A DNA stretch of 64,000 nucleotides from Lingula anatina (taxonomy: Eukaryota > Animalia > Brachiopoda): NCBI GenBank assembly GCA_051362555.1, contig CM120641.1:30076401-30140400 (forward strand). The letters are read 5' to 3'. This document shows positions 50,819 through 63,938 of the stretch, in pieces. A program made the position numbers and the translations under genes. Every line of letters begins with the position of its first letter. The stretch's first letter is position 1. The notes under the pieces are model-generated. The model saw nothing but the letters and a program-made list of their open reading frames with translations, was not told the origin of the DNA and ran no database searches.

Positions 50819-53800
50819 ATGTTGTCAGATTTGACTTTAGCGCCAGAAAAGTTTACTGGTAACACAAACGAAGATGTAGAAAGGTGGTTAAATCAATTTG
50901 AAAACTATACGCAGTATAAAAAACTAGAAGATGAACAAATCACCGCCTTATTTCCTCTCTTACTGAATCAAACAGTGTTAAACTGGTAAGTAGAAGTACA
51001 GAAAGACTGGAAATCGCTTGTCCGCGAGTTCCGACAGCGATATGAACTGAAATCCGGAGAAACTTGGGAGAAAGCCTCAGAATTTTTCAAGCGTCATCAA
51101 CTTCCAGAAGAACCAGTACAGAAGTACATCGAGTCGATGCGTCACGACGCCAAACGTGCGCGTTTAGATGAGAAAACAGCCTTTACAGTGGTAATGAATG
51201 GGTTACTACCCGAACTCCGCCCATTTGTATTGCAAAAGGAGCCCTCTGACTTTGATTCTCTTATGCACCACGCGCGCATTGCAGAAAACGCAGTTAGCCG
51301 ACGAGAAGAGGTCAACGAAATGACATAAAAATGATAACAGAGAAAATAGACACTCTTCAGAGTTCAATTAAGGACACCGCCAATGTACAGTCTGCAATCC
51401 ATATATTGCACGAACCAAGCGAAACCAGAAATGAAACAAACTTTTTACCTACGAGAGCAAGCCCATTCGCGTATCCAGGAAAATTCATAGGTCCCAGACG
51501 TATGCACCAACGTGGCAGGCATCTGCGACGCTCAGAGTACAAATTAACATCATCTGGAAGTCAAAACTATCCTCAACAACGAAATCCAATAAGAAAATGG
51601 TCGATGTGTCAGGGATGTGGTGAGTACACGCATCTTAGACCTGATTGTTTTGCTCGCAATTTTAATTGTAATTGTTGTGGTAAAATAGGACACATAGCAA
51701 AAGTCTGTCATTCTGCACGTGTAAACAAACGACTAAGAAAAAGAAAAAGGTTTTATAACAAGATTGAAGATAGAAAAGTGCCAATTTCTATTATTTCCGA
51801 TTACCAAGCTAATAACCTAATATCAATTCAAATCGACAAACAGCATGTCAATGCTTTGGTTGACACGGGTGCCGTCATATCTTGTGTATCAGAATCTCTT
51901 TTATCAAAATTAGGAAAAAAAGGATCGAAATGAATACGAAAAACCGTCATTAAAAGAAGTTTCAGTTGTTGATGGATCTGTGATTAAAGTTCTAGGAAAA
52001 GTAGAGTTACCTCTTTGTTTTGGAGATGTGATCATAAAACATAAAGTCCACGTATTTAGTCAATTGCCAAGAGGTTTGATATTAGGCACAGATTTCTTAA
52101 GAAAACACAATGTAAAAATTGATTTATCGTCTGATAGCATGGCATTGCCTGATTATAATTTGCTCTTACCTTTGTATAGTCCACTTGTATTAGGTTTAGT
52201 GCGTAACTTTAAATCAGAATTTATTCCACCAAGATGTGAATGCTTAATACCAGTGAAAATATCACATTCTTCCTCTGTTTCAGTAGCTTTACTAGAACCA
52301 GTACGAAAGCTCGAGTCAAAGAAAAAAACTTATCGGAGCAAAATGTTTGGTTTCCATTGATAAAAATAAATCTGCTTACAGAATAATGAACCCTAGCGAT
52401 GAAAGTATTTTCATTCCTAAAAGAACAATATTAGCTGTTGCGAGTTCAGTGAGTCTGGCAAGCATCAGTGCTTTAAATGAAATGTCAAAAGGAGACACAG
52501 CACAAAAAGGTGTTACGTTATCAGATCAAGAAGCATTGCGGAATGCAGATGAATTAAATATAAACTTTGCCAATTCAGACATGAGTGAAGACCAGAAACA
52601 ACAGTTGAAAATGTTGTTAGGACGTAATCGTGAAGTTTTTGCTACCAATCTATCAGAATTAGGTTCAGCAAATATGTATCAGCATAGAATTGACACAATA
52701 AATGATATCCCTGTGAAACAAACGTTTTATCGTACGTCACCGAAGCTGAAAGATGAAATTGTCAAACAAGTAGACGAAATGTTACAACACGGTATAATCG
52801 AAGAAAGCATGAGTGAGTACAGTAGTCCAGTAGTACTTGTAAAAAAGAAAAATGGAGAATACAGGTTCGCGATTGATTACCGGAAGTTGAACAAAGTTAC
52901 AAAACCAATGCACTGGCCACTTCCACGTTTAGAAGATGTTTTTGAAACGATAGGTACATCAGGTGCTAAATATTTCTCTAGTTTAGATATGGCAGGTGCA
53001 TACTGGCAATTACCTCTTGACCCTGAAACTAAACACAAGACTGCGTTCATCACACACCACGGGCACTTCCAATTCTTACGTTTAGCGTACGGCCTTCGTA
53101 ACGCCGGTGTAAGCTTCCAGGCCTTAATGAGTCACGTTTTTAGAGACATGAATTGGAAAACAATACTGATATACATTGATGACATTTTGGTCATGAGTAA
53201 GACGTTTGAAGATCATTTAAAACATTTAAATCAAGTATTCCAAAAACTAAGATCTGCAAACCTCAGACTTAAACCATCAAAATGTAAGTTTGCAACACCA
53301 AAAGCTAAATATTTAGGTCATGTAATAAATAAAAATGGAATAAGACCAGACGAGAAAAATCTTGAAGCCATAAAATCGTTTCCAACACCAAAAGTTGTAA
53401 AAGATGTAAGAAGTTTTCTAGGATTGTGTAACTTCTACAGAAAATTTATAAAAGGTTTCAGCAAAATAGCAGATCCCTTAAATAAACTTTTAAGGAAAGA
53501 TGTACAATTCTTATGGAGTCCTGAATGTGAAGCGTCATTTCAAACATTAAAAGAAGCTTTAATGTCACCACCAATACTGGCTTATCCAGATATGTCGCGC
53601 GAGTTTACACTAACGACGGACGCATCTACTACAGCTATAGGTTATATTTTAGGTCAAAAGAATGACAACAACCATGATAGAGTCATTGCGTATGGAGGAA
53701 GATCTTTAAACAACGCCGAAAAGAACTACACAATTCATGAATTAGAATGTTTGGCAGTTATTGAAGGGATAAAACAATTTGAACAGTATTTGGCCAACAA

Positions 53801-55793
53801 CCACTTCAAAGTGTATACAGATAATAAAGCGATTTCGTGGTTACAAAATGTTAAACATACATCTGGCAGGCTTATCAGATGGTCATTAAAATTACAAGTC
53901 CTAGATTTTGAAATAATACACAGACCTGGAAAAACAAACCCAGCTGACGCATTATCAAGACGCGAATATGAACCAGTAAATGTTTTGGATACTGTTAACA
54001 ACAGTCAGTTAAGAAAAGGTCATATTGACATGTGTCAAGATAAACATTGGACCCAAGCTAAACTTTTCTTACCAAAACATACAGATAAAAGAATTGAACA
54101 TGATTTAAGTGAATATGATAACATGAACAGTGTTGATGTAACAAATGTAAACGATAAAGAGAAATTAAAACAAGATCAACGCGAATGCCTCGAGTTTCAA
54201 GATACAATACGTTACCTAGAACAAAGTGATTTACCTAGTGATTTAAAACAAGCGCGTAAAATCATCGCAGAATCAGAACAATATGTAATGATAGATGATA
54301 TTTTGTATCATCTGTATCAACCTCGTACACGGGGAATGCCAGAAAAGATGAGAATAATAAGACAATTAGTAATTCCAGTAACACTAAGGAGTGATGTTTT
54401 ACATGCATATCATGATTCATTAACAGCCGGTGGTCATCAAGGTTGTGATAGAACTTTTGCCTCCATTAGGAATAAGTATTTTTGGAAATCACTTTACAAA
54501 GACGTCACGGAGTACGTCAAATCATGTGAAGTGTGTCAAAAGGTTAAGCATTTACGTAGAGATGCTTCAGCACCTTTGAACCCTTTACCCATCGCAGGCG
54601 TGTTTGAAAAAATGCACATGGATATATTAGGTCCCTTAATCAAATCAAAAGAAGGATATAAGTACATTTTGTTGGTAACGCGTTCTTTTTCTAATTTTGC
54701 TGAAGCAATACCTTTGAAAACTCAGGAAGCCGAAGAAATCGCCATGACTCTTTACAGAGAAGTCTTTACAAGATATGGTTGTCCGTCATATCTCGTTTCT
54801 GATCGAGGAAAGAATTTTTTATCTCAAATTATTCAATCGTTATGTAAATAATTCCACATAAAGCGCTATCATACTAGTGCATGGCATCCACAAAGTAACG
54901 CAGCCTGTGAAAGAACTAATTCAATAATTGCTCAAACTTTGAGAGCATATTGTGAGAAAGATCAAACTAATTGGCCTGATATACTTCCAGGAGTAATGAT
55001 GGCATTACGTGCAACTCCTTGTACGCAGTCCACAAAGTTTTCTCCTTATTATTTAGTTTTTGGACGAGAAATGCGTACACCATTGGATAGTGATTTGATC
55101 CCTGAATGTCATGAGAATAAAAATCTACCTCAGTACATTGAAGAACTGAAAGATACCCTTAAAACGGCAAAAGAAATTGCAACAAAGAATAGGGAAGCAA
55201 CTCAGAAACAGTATAAAGAAAGGTATGACCTAAAGTCAAAGCAACCGATTTATAAAGTAGGTGATAGAGTTTGGATATATACACCAATGACACCTAAAGG
55301 ATTAAGTTCTAAATTGTACACCAAGTACAAAGGACCATATTACATTACAAAGATATTATCAACAGGGTGTACGTATTATTTGAGAGATTGTAAAACACAC
55401 AAGGAACATAAATCGCCTGTTCATGCAAATAGATTGAAAATGTATTATGACCCTAAAGATTACAATAAATATAAAAGGCTGAATGAAAGTAATTATGAAC
55501 AAGACAACAAATCAAATGGGAATAAAACGACCAGTGAAACACAAGATAGAGACATTCATGACACAGAAAAAGCGGATTTTGCATCGGACAGTAAGCAAGA
55601 CGCGTACGAATATTATGAAGTAGAAAAATTGTTATGTTGTAAGAATATAAACGCAAAGAGACATTACAAAGTAAAATGGAAGGGTTATAAGAACACTTCC
55701 TGGGAACCTGAAGAAAATATTTCAGATGCATTAAAAAGAGATTATCACATTAATAAGACGTTACAAGGAAGACGAAGAAAACGTAGAAATTAA
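50819..55793 (+). pseudogene. Gypsy gag-pol polyprotein with stops and frameshifts
   Basis: gag PEKFTG..ERWLNQFE; CCHC knuckles (CQGCGEYTH..C, CNCCGKIGHIAKVC); protease LVDTGA; RT YIDD; RNase H TDAS; integrase HHCC, MDILGP, SDRG, GPY; chromodomain YEVEKLL..YKVKWKGY..SWEPEENI. In-frame stops at 50987 and 54849; frameshifts near 51330, 51930 and 52330. Confidence 0.95.
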
Positions 55794-58205
55794 AAAGGAA
55801 ACACATCTCTTCGAGACGAGTTCGATAATCGATACACTGGTAAATAAAAAGATAGTACACTTACACATTGTAAAAAAAAGTACACAAAGGTCAAATGTAT
55901 AATTTGGACAACACAGTGATCCAGCTTAACTGAACCCTAAATGTGAATCGATTCACTATTTTCCTATCTATCTTATCTATCTCATTTCCTCTCTTTATTT
56001 TCTCAAATGAGGCTTTAGTTAAAGCAGTGTGCACTAAAAAAAAAACATGAGCATTGACCTTTTGAAATGATGATTCTATAAATTCTCACTGTAATGTTGT
56101 GGCAGCATTAGCGCGCTCAGCGGTGTTGAGTGTAGACAATTTTGTTTCTGAAGAACTGTTTAAAAAAGAACATTGATTTTATTCATATGAGTAAACGTTA
56201 CATCCGAACGATGTAATACAAGTTATCACAAGGTTAACATCATAATGGAAGGCATAGTAAACTGACAAAATAAAGACGAGATGTTTTGACAAGTCAGTCG
56301 CTGACATTACCCCGGAGTGCCCTAGAACAACGACCTCTTTAAATAGTTGTCATTAATGTGTCAATCAAAATTTTTTTTTGCTACTACAGTGTGAACTAAG
56401 ATGAATTTTTTATTTTCCAACCAAGTGTCAAGTTGTCAAAACAACACTAAAGATAGCACAGCAACATCACATAAATATTGGGTTGTGGCAGTATTTCCAT
56501 TCAATATGCATATTTTCAACATGAAACGCAATGATTTATTTAATAAACCCTATTTCAACAATTTTTCTTCATGTTCTTGCCAATAGTGTTAGTGATTATT
56601 TGAGATTATGAAAGTGACTCAAACAACAGAGAGAGACAAGAGCAAATTTATACTTGTATGGCAGATGCTATTCTAAAACGAAATATTTTCTACAGATGAT
56701 TAATCTCAAATACTAGTTTAAATTTATTCGAGACATAGAGCTTATTGCTCACAATGAAATTTGGTCTGTATATCAAGGACAAGCAATTGGCATTAGTAGT
56801 AACTTTACTAAAAAGAAGTACACGTAAACAATACGTGCTTACTATACCGTAGTGATCATAAAATTTCGCAACAAAATTAATTAATAAGCCGAAGAAACTT
56901 AGAACCACAGATCCATTCATATTACGAAGTGAAGTAATAACTATAATAATTTAGAAAAGTTCATTTAAGTAATTGTATCTACAGACTACATCTGTCAAAA
57001 CATTGGCATAGCTTGACAAATATAAACATTAGATAACCAAAAACGTTATTTTAGAATGAGTTATCCCAGAAAATTATTCAAAAACGAATATTGTACATGT
57101 TTGCGCATTTAACATGCTTGTGCACTTTTCTATATTCAGTTCGAAACATATAAACACAATGCAGATTAATTTTAATCCAATCTGAATTTGACTTGACTTG
57201 CTACACGTGTCTATAATAAACATAACGCATTAATTTTTGCGAGTGAACTTTTGGTGTAAGAAGTGTGTGTACGATCACAAAATATTAATGACTTTATGAT
57301 TCATTCTTATTGTTACTTCAATGATTTCAGACATTTCAGATTATTATCATTGAGATTGTGCGAGATGCACGGAATTAACATGACAATTAAGCTCTGATGA
57401 ATATTATTATTAATTTTTAATCACTATGTACTATGATATATAATAATGAACATTTTATTGTGTGTTAACCATGGTCATTATTTATTAGCATGCTTTATTT
57501 TAATTACTTTACAATGTTACTGCATATTAATAACATATTGCATATTGATCTTATGATTGTTGGTTATCGATATTTGAACAGATGATTATTGTTTTATATA
57601 AAAAGTGTATTTGATTGTTAATAATGATGACATGAAACTGATGAAATGCATTAAGGAAGATTCTCACATTTTGCGACTTAATTATTTATCGGTATAATTT
57701 TATAAAATTCGTGGATTGAATTTGATATGATCAAGTGTTTCTCTTATAGTCATCACAGAGGATAGCTAGAGTGTAGACAAATATGAAGATGAACAGGTAC
57801 TTCGTCATGAACGATGCGCTGGTCGCAACGTTGTGGTGAATACTGCTCATTAGGCAGGGAAGGTACCGTCTCACTTAATGCATTCCTACTATATCTAAAA
57901 TGACAACCAATAAAAGAGAGACCATAATAAGAGAGCAACAGGTTTAAATATCCGCATGAGAAAACAAACAAAAAGTATCTGTGCTATTGGACTACACATT
58001 AAATGCTGTAAATGTCAATACGAACTATATCCACGAAGAATTGCATTTTCTAAAAAGTATTACTTTATCTTCCTTCAGGTTATGTTTTTTGTTTCATGTC
58101 GAATGTGTTTTTAATTTTATGTTATTTAGTATTTGCTTTGCTTTAAAAAAAAATGAAAAAGGAGCGTATGTTGTAAAGTTTTAGAATTCGAGGACGAATT
58201 CTTTT

Positions 58206-58219
58206 GAAGAAGGGGTGTA
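58206..58219 (+). promoter_or_regulatory. Polypurine tract GAAGAAGGGGTGTA
   Basis: Directly precedes the 3' LTR. Confidence 0.8.
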
Positions 58220-58749
58220 TGTTGTAAAGCAAATTACTAACACTTTCACTAATCACAGATAATAATTAAAGCGGAATCAAATGAGTAAAAGGGACAAAGA
58301 GTTATTGAGTGTAAGTTAAGTTTCTCCAAGAGTCAACAAGTGTAGAACATGTTTTTAGTGTCAGAAAAAGATGGAAAAGGTCAAAGTCAGTAACAGTTAA
58401 TGTGATTGGTTAATTTCATAACATATTTTAATTTTGATCATCTATTTATCACATGATAACTGAGTTTTGGATAAGGTCCAAGTATGAGTAATCCAAATAA
58501 TATTTTAGATATCTTTAATTGAAACAAGTATCTAAGGGATTACCTAATAAGGAAATGTTGCATGGTGACTTGCAATATGCGAATGGAAAATATTTTGTAA
58601 TCACGCAAAGACAATGGAAAAGAAAACAAGTAAGTGCGTGATCAGTACGGAGAAATTGATTATATATATTTGTGAAGTTGTATGAAGAGGGAGTCGGTGA
58701 ATAAACGTTCGAAAGCTCCAAACTGCTGTCGTCATTCCACACTATAACA
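58220..58749 (+). repeat. 3' LTR (530 bp)
   Basis: Direct repeat of 50063-50594. Confidence 0.95.
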
Positions 58750-59426
58750 CTTAGCATTGTAGGTTACAGTCACTTTACAAGAGTGTGTGGCCAATTTTTT
58801 TACCGCGTAGTTACTTTTTCATAAATTGACAGGGGGCCAACTTACCCGGTCTCCCCTACTTATAGGTTTTTATGACACGATGAGTGTCTTAATTCTCTCT
58901 TCGTCGAGGTGCATTCTATTTCGAGAAAGACTGGAACTCACAGTGATGTTAGCTGGTACCTCACGACAACCATGTTTATATTTTAACCGAATATGTTTAT
59001 CACGAGTGTTGCATCTGAATTTTCTTGATTATTCATTTCATGTGTTCACAGAAAGTTAATTTTCAGATAACTGTTTAGTCTGCAATAAAAATGAGAAATG
59101 TAAATCATGCGATTAATTTTCAGAAATCAGATAAATGAATGTGCTCTTAGTTAAAAAGACAAAATCAACTGATAATTTACTGCATTTGGGTTGCAGAAAA
59201 AAACAAAAATCTGCAGCCGAATAGAAACATGCAGTTACATATATGTTTCCTGAATTTGACAATTTTTGTTATTTTTGTTATTGCAAAACCTTGTCATTTT
59301 AAACTCTTTTTCCAATTGGTCATTGTAAGTGACGTCAAATTCTACAAACATGATGTCTACCACGTTCAAAAAGGACATTCTTTTCTCAAATGAGAGTCAA
59401 AGAAGTTACATTGTAAAGTTTAATAC

Positions 59427-59468
59427 CAGTGGCGAATTTAGGGGGATGTCAGTGGGGGTCCTGACCCC

Positions 59469-59500
<32 letters not shown>

Positions 59501-59761
59501 ACACATCTTTGATTTCTGAAAAACAATTACACCAACAATCCCCTCTTGAAATTAGAATTTTGACTAGCTGAATCATAGTATAAACTGTACCAAATGGCAC
59601 CGTTCGCTTTTTGAAATACCAAAATTTTTGGGGGCCCTTCAGTAGACCCAGACCCCACGATAAGGGTATGGGGGGGGGGGGGGGCGAGGATCGGCTTCGC
59701 ATCCGCTGCCTGTCATTCCTAAAAACCAGACCCACTTCAAATAATCCTGGATCCGCCCCTG
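59427..59761. mobile_element. hAT-like MITE (CAGTGGCG...TCCGCCCCTG); related ends at ~26437, ~32866, ~33763 and ~60959
   Basis: Short imperfect TIRs and G/C tracts; the terminal AATCCTGGATCCGCCCCTG recurs at ~32866 and ~60959; TSD not clear. Confidence 0.6.
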
Positions 59762-59774
59762 AATTCCATACTAA

Positions 59775-60034
59775 ACTAGAAAAGCACTCCGAGAGCGCAG
59801 ACCTCATCCAAGGCAACTATATTTGATTATTATTGATTATTGATTGATTGTTAATCCGGATCACCACCAAAAACTAATCACTTCTAAGTTAACCCATTTC
59901 TGACATACCCTGAAAATTTCATCAAAATCGGTCCATAACTTTTTGAGTTATGTTGATGACAAACAAACAAACAAACAAACAGACAGACAGACAGACAGAC
60001 AGGGGTGAAAACATAACCTCCTTGGCGGAGGTAA
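59775..60034 (-). mobile_element. Family-C HINE-like copy with a (CAAA)/(CAGA) microsatellite
   Basis: ACTAGAAAAGCACTCCGAGAGCGCAGACCTC...AAAACATAACCTCCTTGGCGGAGGTAA; reverse copy of 3434-3666. Confidence 0.8.
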
Positions 60035-60519
60035 CTACAAAGTACATATACATTTAATAAATACTCTCTCGCGTACGCACTCGCATGCAAGAACAATAAA
60101 GTCACCGACATCCGCCGCCTCACAGACAGACTACACCTATTCCCTGTGCATCTACAGTAACTATGGCAACCTTTCCTGAGATTTGTATTGGCAAATGTTA
60201 GATTTTCTGCTGGCACAGAAGGTCACTCCTAAATACTCACACGGCTATATCTATAGCTTTTAGAAAGAGTCATTCTTCTTAAACTTCCCTGAATATCATC
60301 CCTTTAAAGGTTAAATGAGTTAAGCCAAGAAAGTGGCCTACTCGCTGGTCCATAGTAAAAGGTCTGGAATAATTATGAAAACTGAGTAAACTTTTGCCGA
60401 TGAATGTGATTTCGGAGAATATGAAAGTGTCTTGGAATCATGATGAAGACAAATGTTGGATTTACTTGCTTCATCTTTTTTTTACCTCTATCAAAATATT
60501 ACTCCGTAGCTACATGTAT

Positions 60520-60526
<7 letters not shown>

Positions 60527-60563
<37 letters not shown>
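60527..60563. repeat. (GA)n microsatellite
   Basis: Direct reading. Confidence 0.95.
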
Positions 60564-60566
<3 letters not shown>

Positions 60567-61063
60567 GCTATTTCTACATAAAAATTAAACTGCAAAAGCT
60601 GTCTCCAAGACACCTGGACGAACAATTATTTTGAGGAAATTTAATTTTGTTTTAACAGACACACATTTTATATGTCCCTTATGTAGAATACATGTATCTA
60701 AACTAAATCTAAACTAATATCTCTGTGTCAGTTATTAAACTTATCACACACGTATGAGTTGCAGAAGATACAGGTATATCTAACAATGTAAACGGAGGTG
60801 TAGATTGCCAATTAAAATGAAGCTGATGTCTAAAATACCAAAAAAAATTTTGGGCCACTTCAGCGAGCCCCGAACCCAACGCCAAGATTTGGGAGAGGGG
60901 GGGCGCTTCGCATCCGGGACCCCTCCCCTAGCCCTTAAACAATCCTGGATCCGCCCCTGGGTGCAATTACATAGTACATGTAGTTGCCAAAAATAAAACT
61001 TAGTTAGCTTGTGACCCACCCTAAATGAATGGCTTAATTTTTGGGCCCACTCCTTTTAGTAGA

Positions 61064-61110
<47 letters not shown>

Positions 61111-61134
61111 TGCCCCCCTCCCACACACACTATG

Positions 61135-61330
61135 ATGTGATAATCATTATCCCGATCCTCCACATATCGAAGATTGTCGGCACACTCCATGGACCAAGCC
61201 CCTCTACTTCTTTCTATCAACTGCCGTCCTCGTGACCTCTGTTAAACTTTTTCTTGTCCATTTGTATGTTGGTTTTCCATCCAAACCTTGGCCAGCCACG
61301 TTTTCTCTTTACTGGGACGCTTAGAAATGT
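61135..61330 (-). mobile_element. 3' fragment of an RTE-like LINE
   Basis: Minus-strand reading VPVKRKRGWPRFGWKTNI resembles the RTE C-terminal GKRxRGRPxxRW motif. Confidence 0.5.
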
Positions 61331-63280
61331 TGATGTACCTGTAAACAACTCTAATTTTTCCAATCGCAACTCAATAAAGATATATAGCAATTACTTTTTA
61401 TAAGCACCTCAGTATTAGCAATCGTTCATTCATAAAAAGGAATAGATATAAATAAAATTACAGTGTGTAGAAGGTAAATGTTGTCTGGATAGGGCATACC
61501 TTTACAAATGTAGACCACATGGGGGGAGGGGGGGGGGGTACTCTCAGGCCCTTCTGGCTGTTACTAAATTCATCCCAGGAGCAAGGAATTATATCGGATT
61601 CCCTGCCAGGAGCGAGTCGAGCATTGGTTCGTAATTAGAAAAAAAAAACTCTTGAGGAATATTTGATTTGGTAGCTTCAATTATATTTTACTATTATTAA
61701 TATTATCAAATTGATTAAATACCAAAATATAGATTAATCAAGATCACCACCTTTGAAATCTCTGGTTTAAGCATCACTTCCTGTCAGCTTTATTACTACA
61801 GACAATCTAATTTGCATATATGAGAAAAATGAAGTTTTTATCTTTTGTTGGGTCCTTTACATATTTTTTCATTATTTTTCAAAGGCAATGTTCCTTTTTT
61901 ACTGACATATTTATAGATATTTTATCAATATGTGTAATTTATTAATTATATAATCATAAAAACAACATATGCCAGACGTGTATGACGTAATCTCTCCCAA
62001 GTCAAAAGTAGTAAAAGTAGTAAAATAGCGATGACTGGTGAAGTAGGTCAATTGCCTGTGTTATTCTCCCATACGATTATTGATTTTTTACTAACGTGGA
62101 ACATTTTAGGGGGAGGGTGAAGATAGAGTGAGGTCAAATAACCAAAAATATTTGGAATGCCTAGAATAACTGAAAGCAGAATATACTGGAAATTTAAGAA
62201 AAGCTAAAAAATAAAATCCATTCAATCAATTTCAGCGAGTACAATTTTAAAGATAGTATGATATCTTTATATTTTATCTGCCTCTCCCTAAAATGGCGCT
62301 GACCGCGTTAACTCTTCCGCTCCCGGGAAACGCAGAGAATCCAGCGCCCTGTGGCAGCATAAGACCCGACAACGATACCGGATACGTGCACACAGTAGCC
62401 GGGGTGGGTTAACCCCCTCCCCTCCCCCAACACACACATTTGCAACCACGTCAGTATTCAGCGGAGAGAGTGTTGTGGACTAACATTTATATACTTTCCC
62501 TCAGCTCGCGGAAGACCGTACCTGGGACACTCAGGTAAACTGATTAGAGATGTGGTCAGCAGTGAACTCGATGCAGTGGTCAGTGTCACTGTCAGTGGGT
62601 TATATTGATATTATTATATATAAATCTATTTGGTATCAATGCTATGTTTATCTATCATCAGTATCTTTCTGGGTTCAGGCATAGGATTTCTGTCACCGTT
62701 TTCTGTTATGTCTAAAAGTTCGCTCTGGGAATCTGTGCAGATAGGATGTAAAAATCAGTGTACGCAGAGGAACAGAAAATATTTTTTCCCTGAACCACTT
62801 TTCCATGTTTTGAAATCTACATATTCAGTTCTACGTCGGCAGAACTGTTTACTTTTGAAATGCATTCTTTTATTTCGGTGAAAAAAATAATAAAAATTTT
62901 AACCAGTACACTAACACATGTAGCTGTATTCTCACATGCCTGTGGACAGTGTCCAGATAGATAGCCACAGTTAACACCTAATGACAGCATCCAGGTCTTG
63001 GAATAGATGTTATAGTTCGGAACATGTGACATGATTATATTTTAATGTTTTGATGTAAGAATATCATTTTCTTTTCTTCAGTTATCCTACAAATGTACAC
63101 ATATTTTGTTAATCAGAAAAACTTTGATTTCTTTTTACAGAAGACTTAAATTTGATCTTGTTTGATTTATATTTATTGCCTTATCAACAAATATTTGTAA
63201 ATGGAGAAGTTATTTGCTTTTAAAAAATGATATGATTGTTAAGATAAACTTTTTTTTCAAATCTGCTTTATAATTTTCTG

Positions 63281-63368
63281 GAAGTTGACTCTAAATGACA
63301 GCGTTGATGTTTGTGACAAAATGATTGATGCAGATGTGTTGAATCCATTGTTTGCTCTGCAAAAAGAG
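63281..63368 (+). pseudogene. HEATR3: Isolated HEATR3-like exon (KLTLNDSVDVCDKMIDADVLNPLFALQKE)
   Basis: 88 nt, donor gag|gtaaat; resembles the HEATR3 segment [29 protein letters not shown] as I recall it; the acceptor reads ttttcTG, not AG. Confidence 0.55.
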
Positions 63369-63780
63369 GTAAATTCATATTCCTTATCTAAAAATAATGT
63401 CTTATTTTCAATAAATTGTTATAAATTTTGTAAAAGGTGCTGAAATGTCAAACTTATGATAAAATGTTTATTACAGCATATAAAGTCTTGCACACTGTAG
63501 GCATTTGAAAATTGCCCTAAGTCAATGTTTCAGTCTGTATATCCTTTAAACATCTTTCCTCATTCAGTTCTGATCTTTAAAAGAGGTTGACAGTATAATC
63601 TGATTTAACCCAAAGGTGAATCGAAGTCCCAGTGAACTGTACCGTGGGATATTTTTATTCCTCAAAAGACAATAACGACGAGCGCGCTATACGTCACATG
63701 CAGTACGGTACTGCGCATGCGCTAAGATTTTACCCTTGGAGGGGCAACAAGCGGACATTTTGTTTAGAAGCAGTGTGAAA

Positions 63781-63938
63781 ATGAGTGAAAGCCATACGGT
63801 GATTTTATCAGAAGAAGATGTCCCAGGGGCAAAACTACCAACTCCAAATGTGGAGGAGCATACGAATGTTGTTTTAAAACGATGGTTGGCCTGCCGTGGA
63901 CTTAGAGTGAGCGGGAAAAGAGCAGAATTGATAGCAAG
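63781..63938 (+). CDS. First exon of a SAP-domain ORF, probably a DNA-transposon accessory gene (SAP/SWIM/YqaJ type); continues beyond the window
   Basis: [19 protein letters not shown]...[22 protein letters not shown] followed by ag|gtactg; SAP consensus L..RGL..SG.K.ELI.R. Confidence 0.7.

Larger units (their letters stand above)
50063..58749 (+). mobile_element. Full-length Ty3/Gypsy LTR retrotransposon with chromodomain integrase; coding region disrupted
   Basis: TG..CA LTRs; CTTA 4-bp TSD; PBS and PPT present; domain order gag-PR-RT-RH-IN. Confidence 0.96.
49190..58856. mobile_element. Non-autonomous TA-flanked DNA transposon (~1 kb net, Tc1/mariner-pogo-like) hosting the Gypsy insertion
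   Basis: TA|GGGGAGACCGGGGCTAGTTGGCCC ... GGGCCAACTTACCCGGTCTCCCC|TA; internal palindromic copies of the TIR motif at ~49380 and ~49815. Confidence 0.8.

Noticed and set aside
50819-55793. Programmed readthrough or frameshifting in Gypsy gag-pol, or a paradox of young LTRs with a dead pol
   Set aside because: The lesions are scattered, including mid-gag and mid-integrase, and a handful of disruptions in 5 kb is compatible with the LTR divergence seen.
59329-61235. Pro/Gly/Lys/RE-rich ORFs
   Set aside because: They are translations of homopolymer and microsatellite tracts in MITEs.
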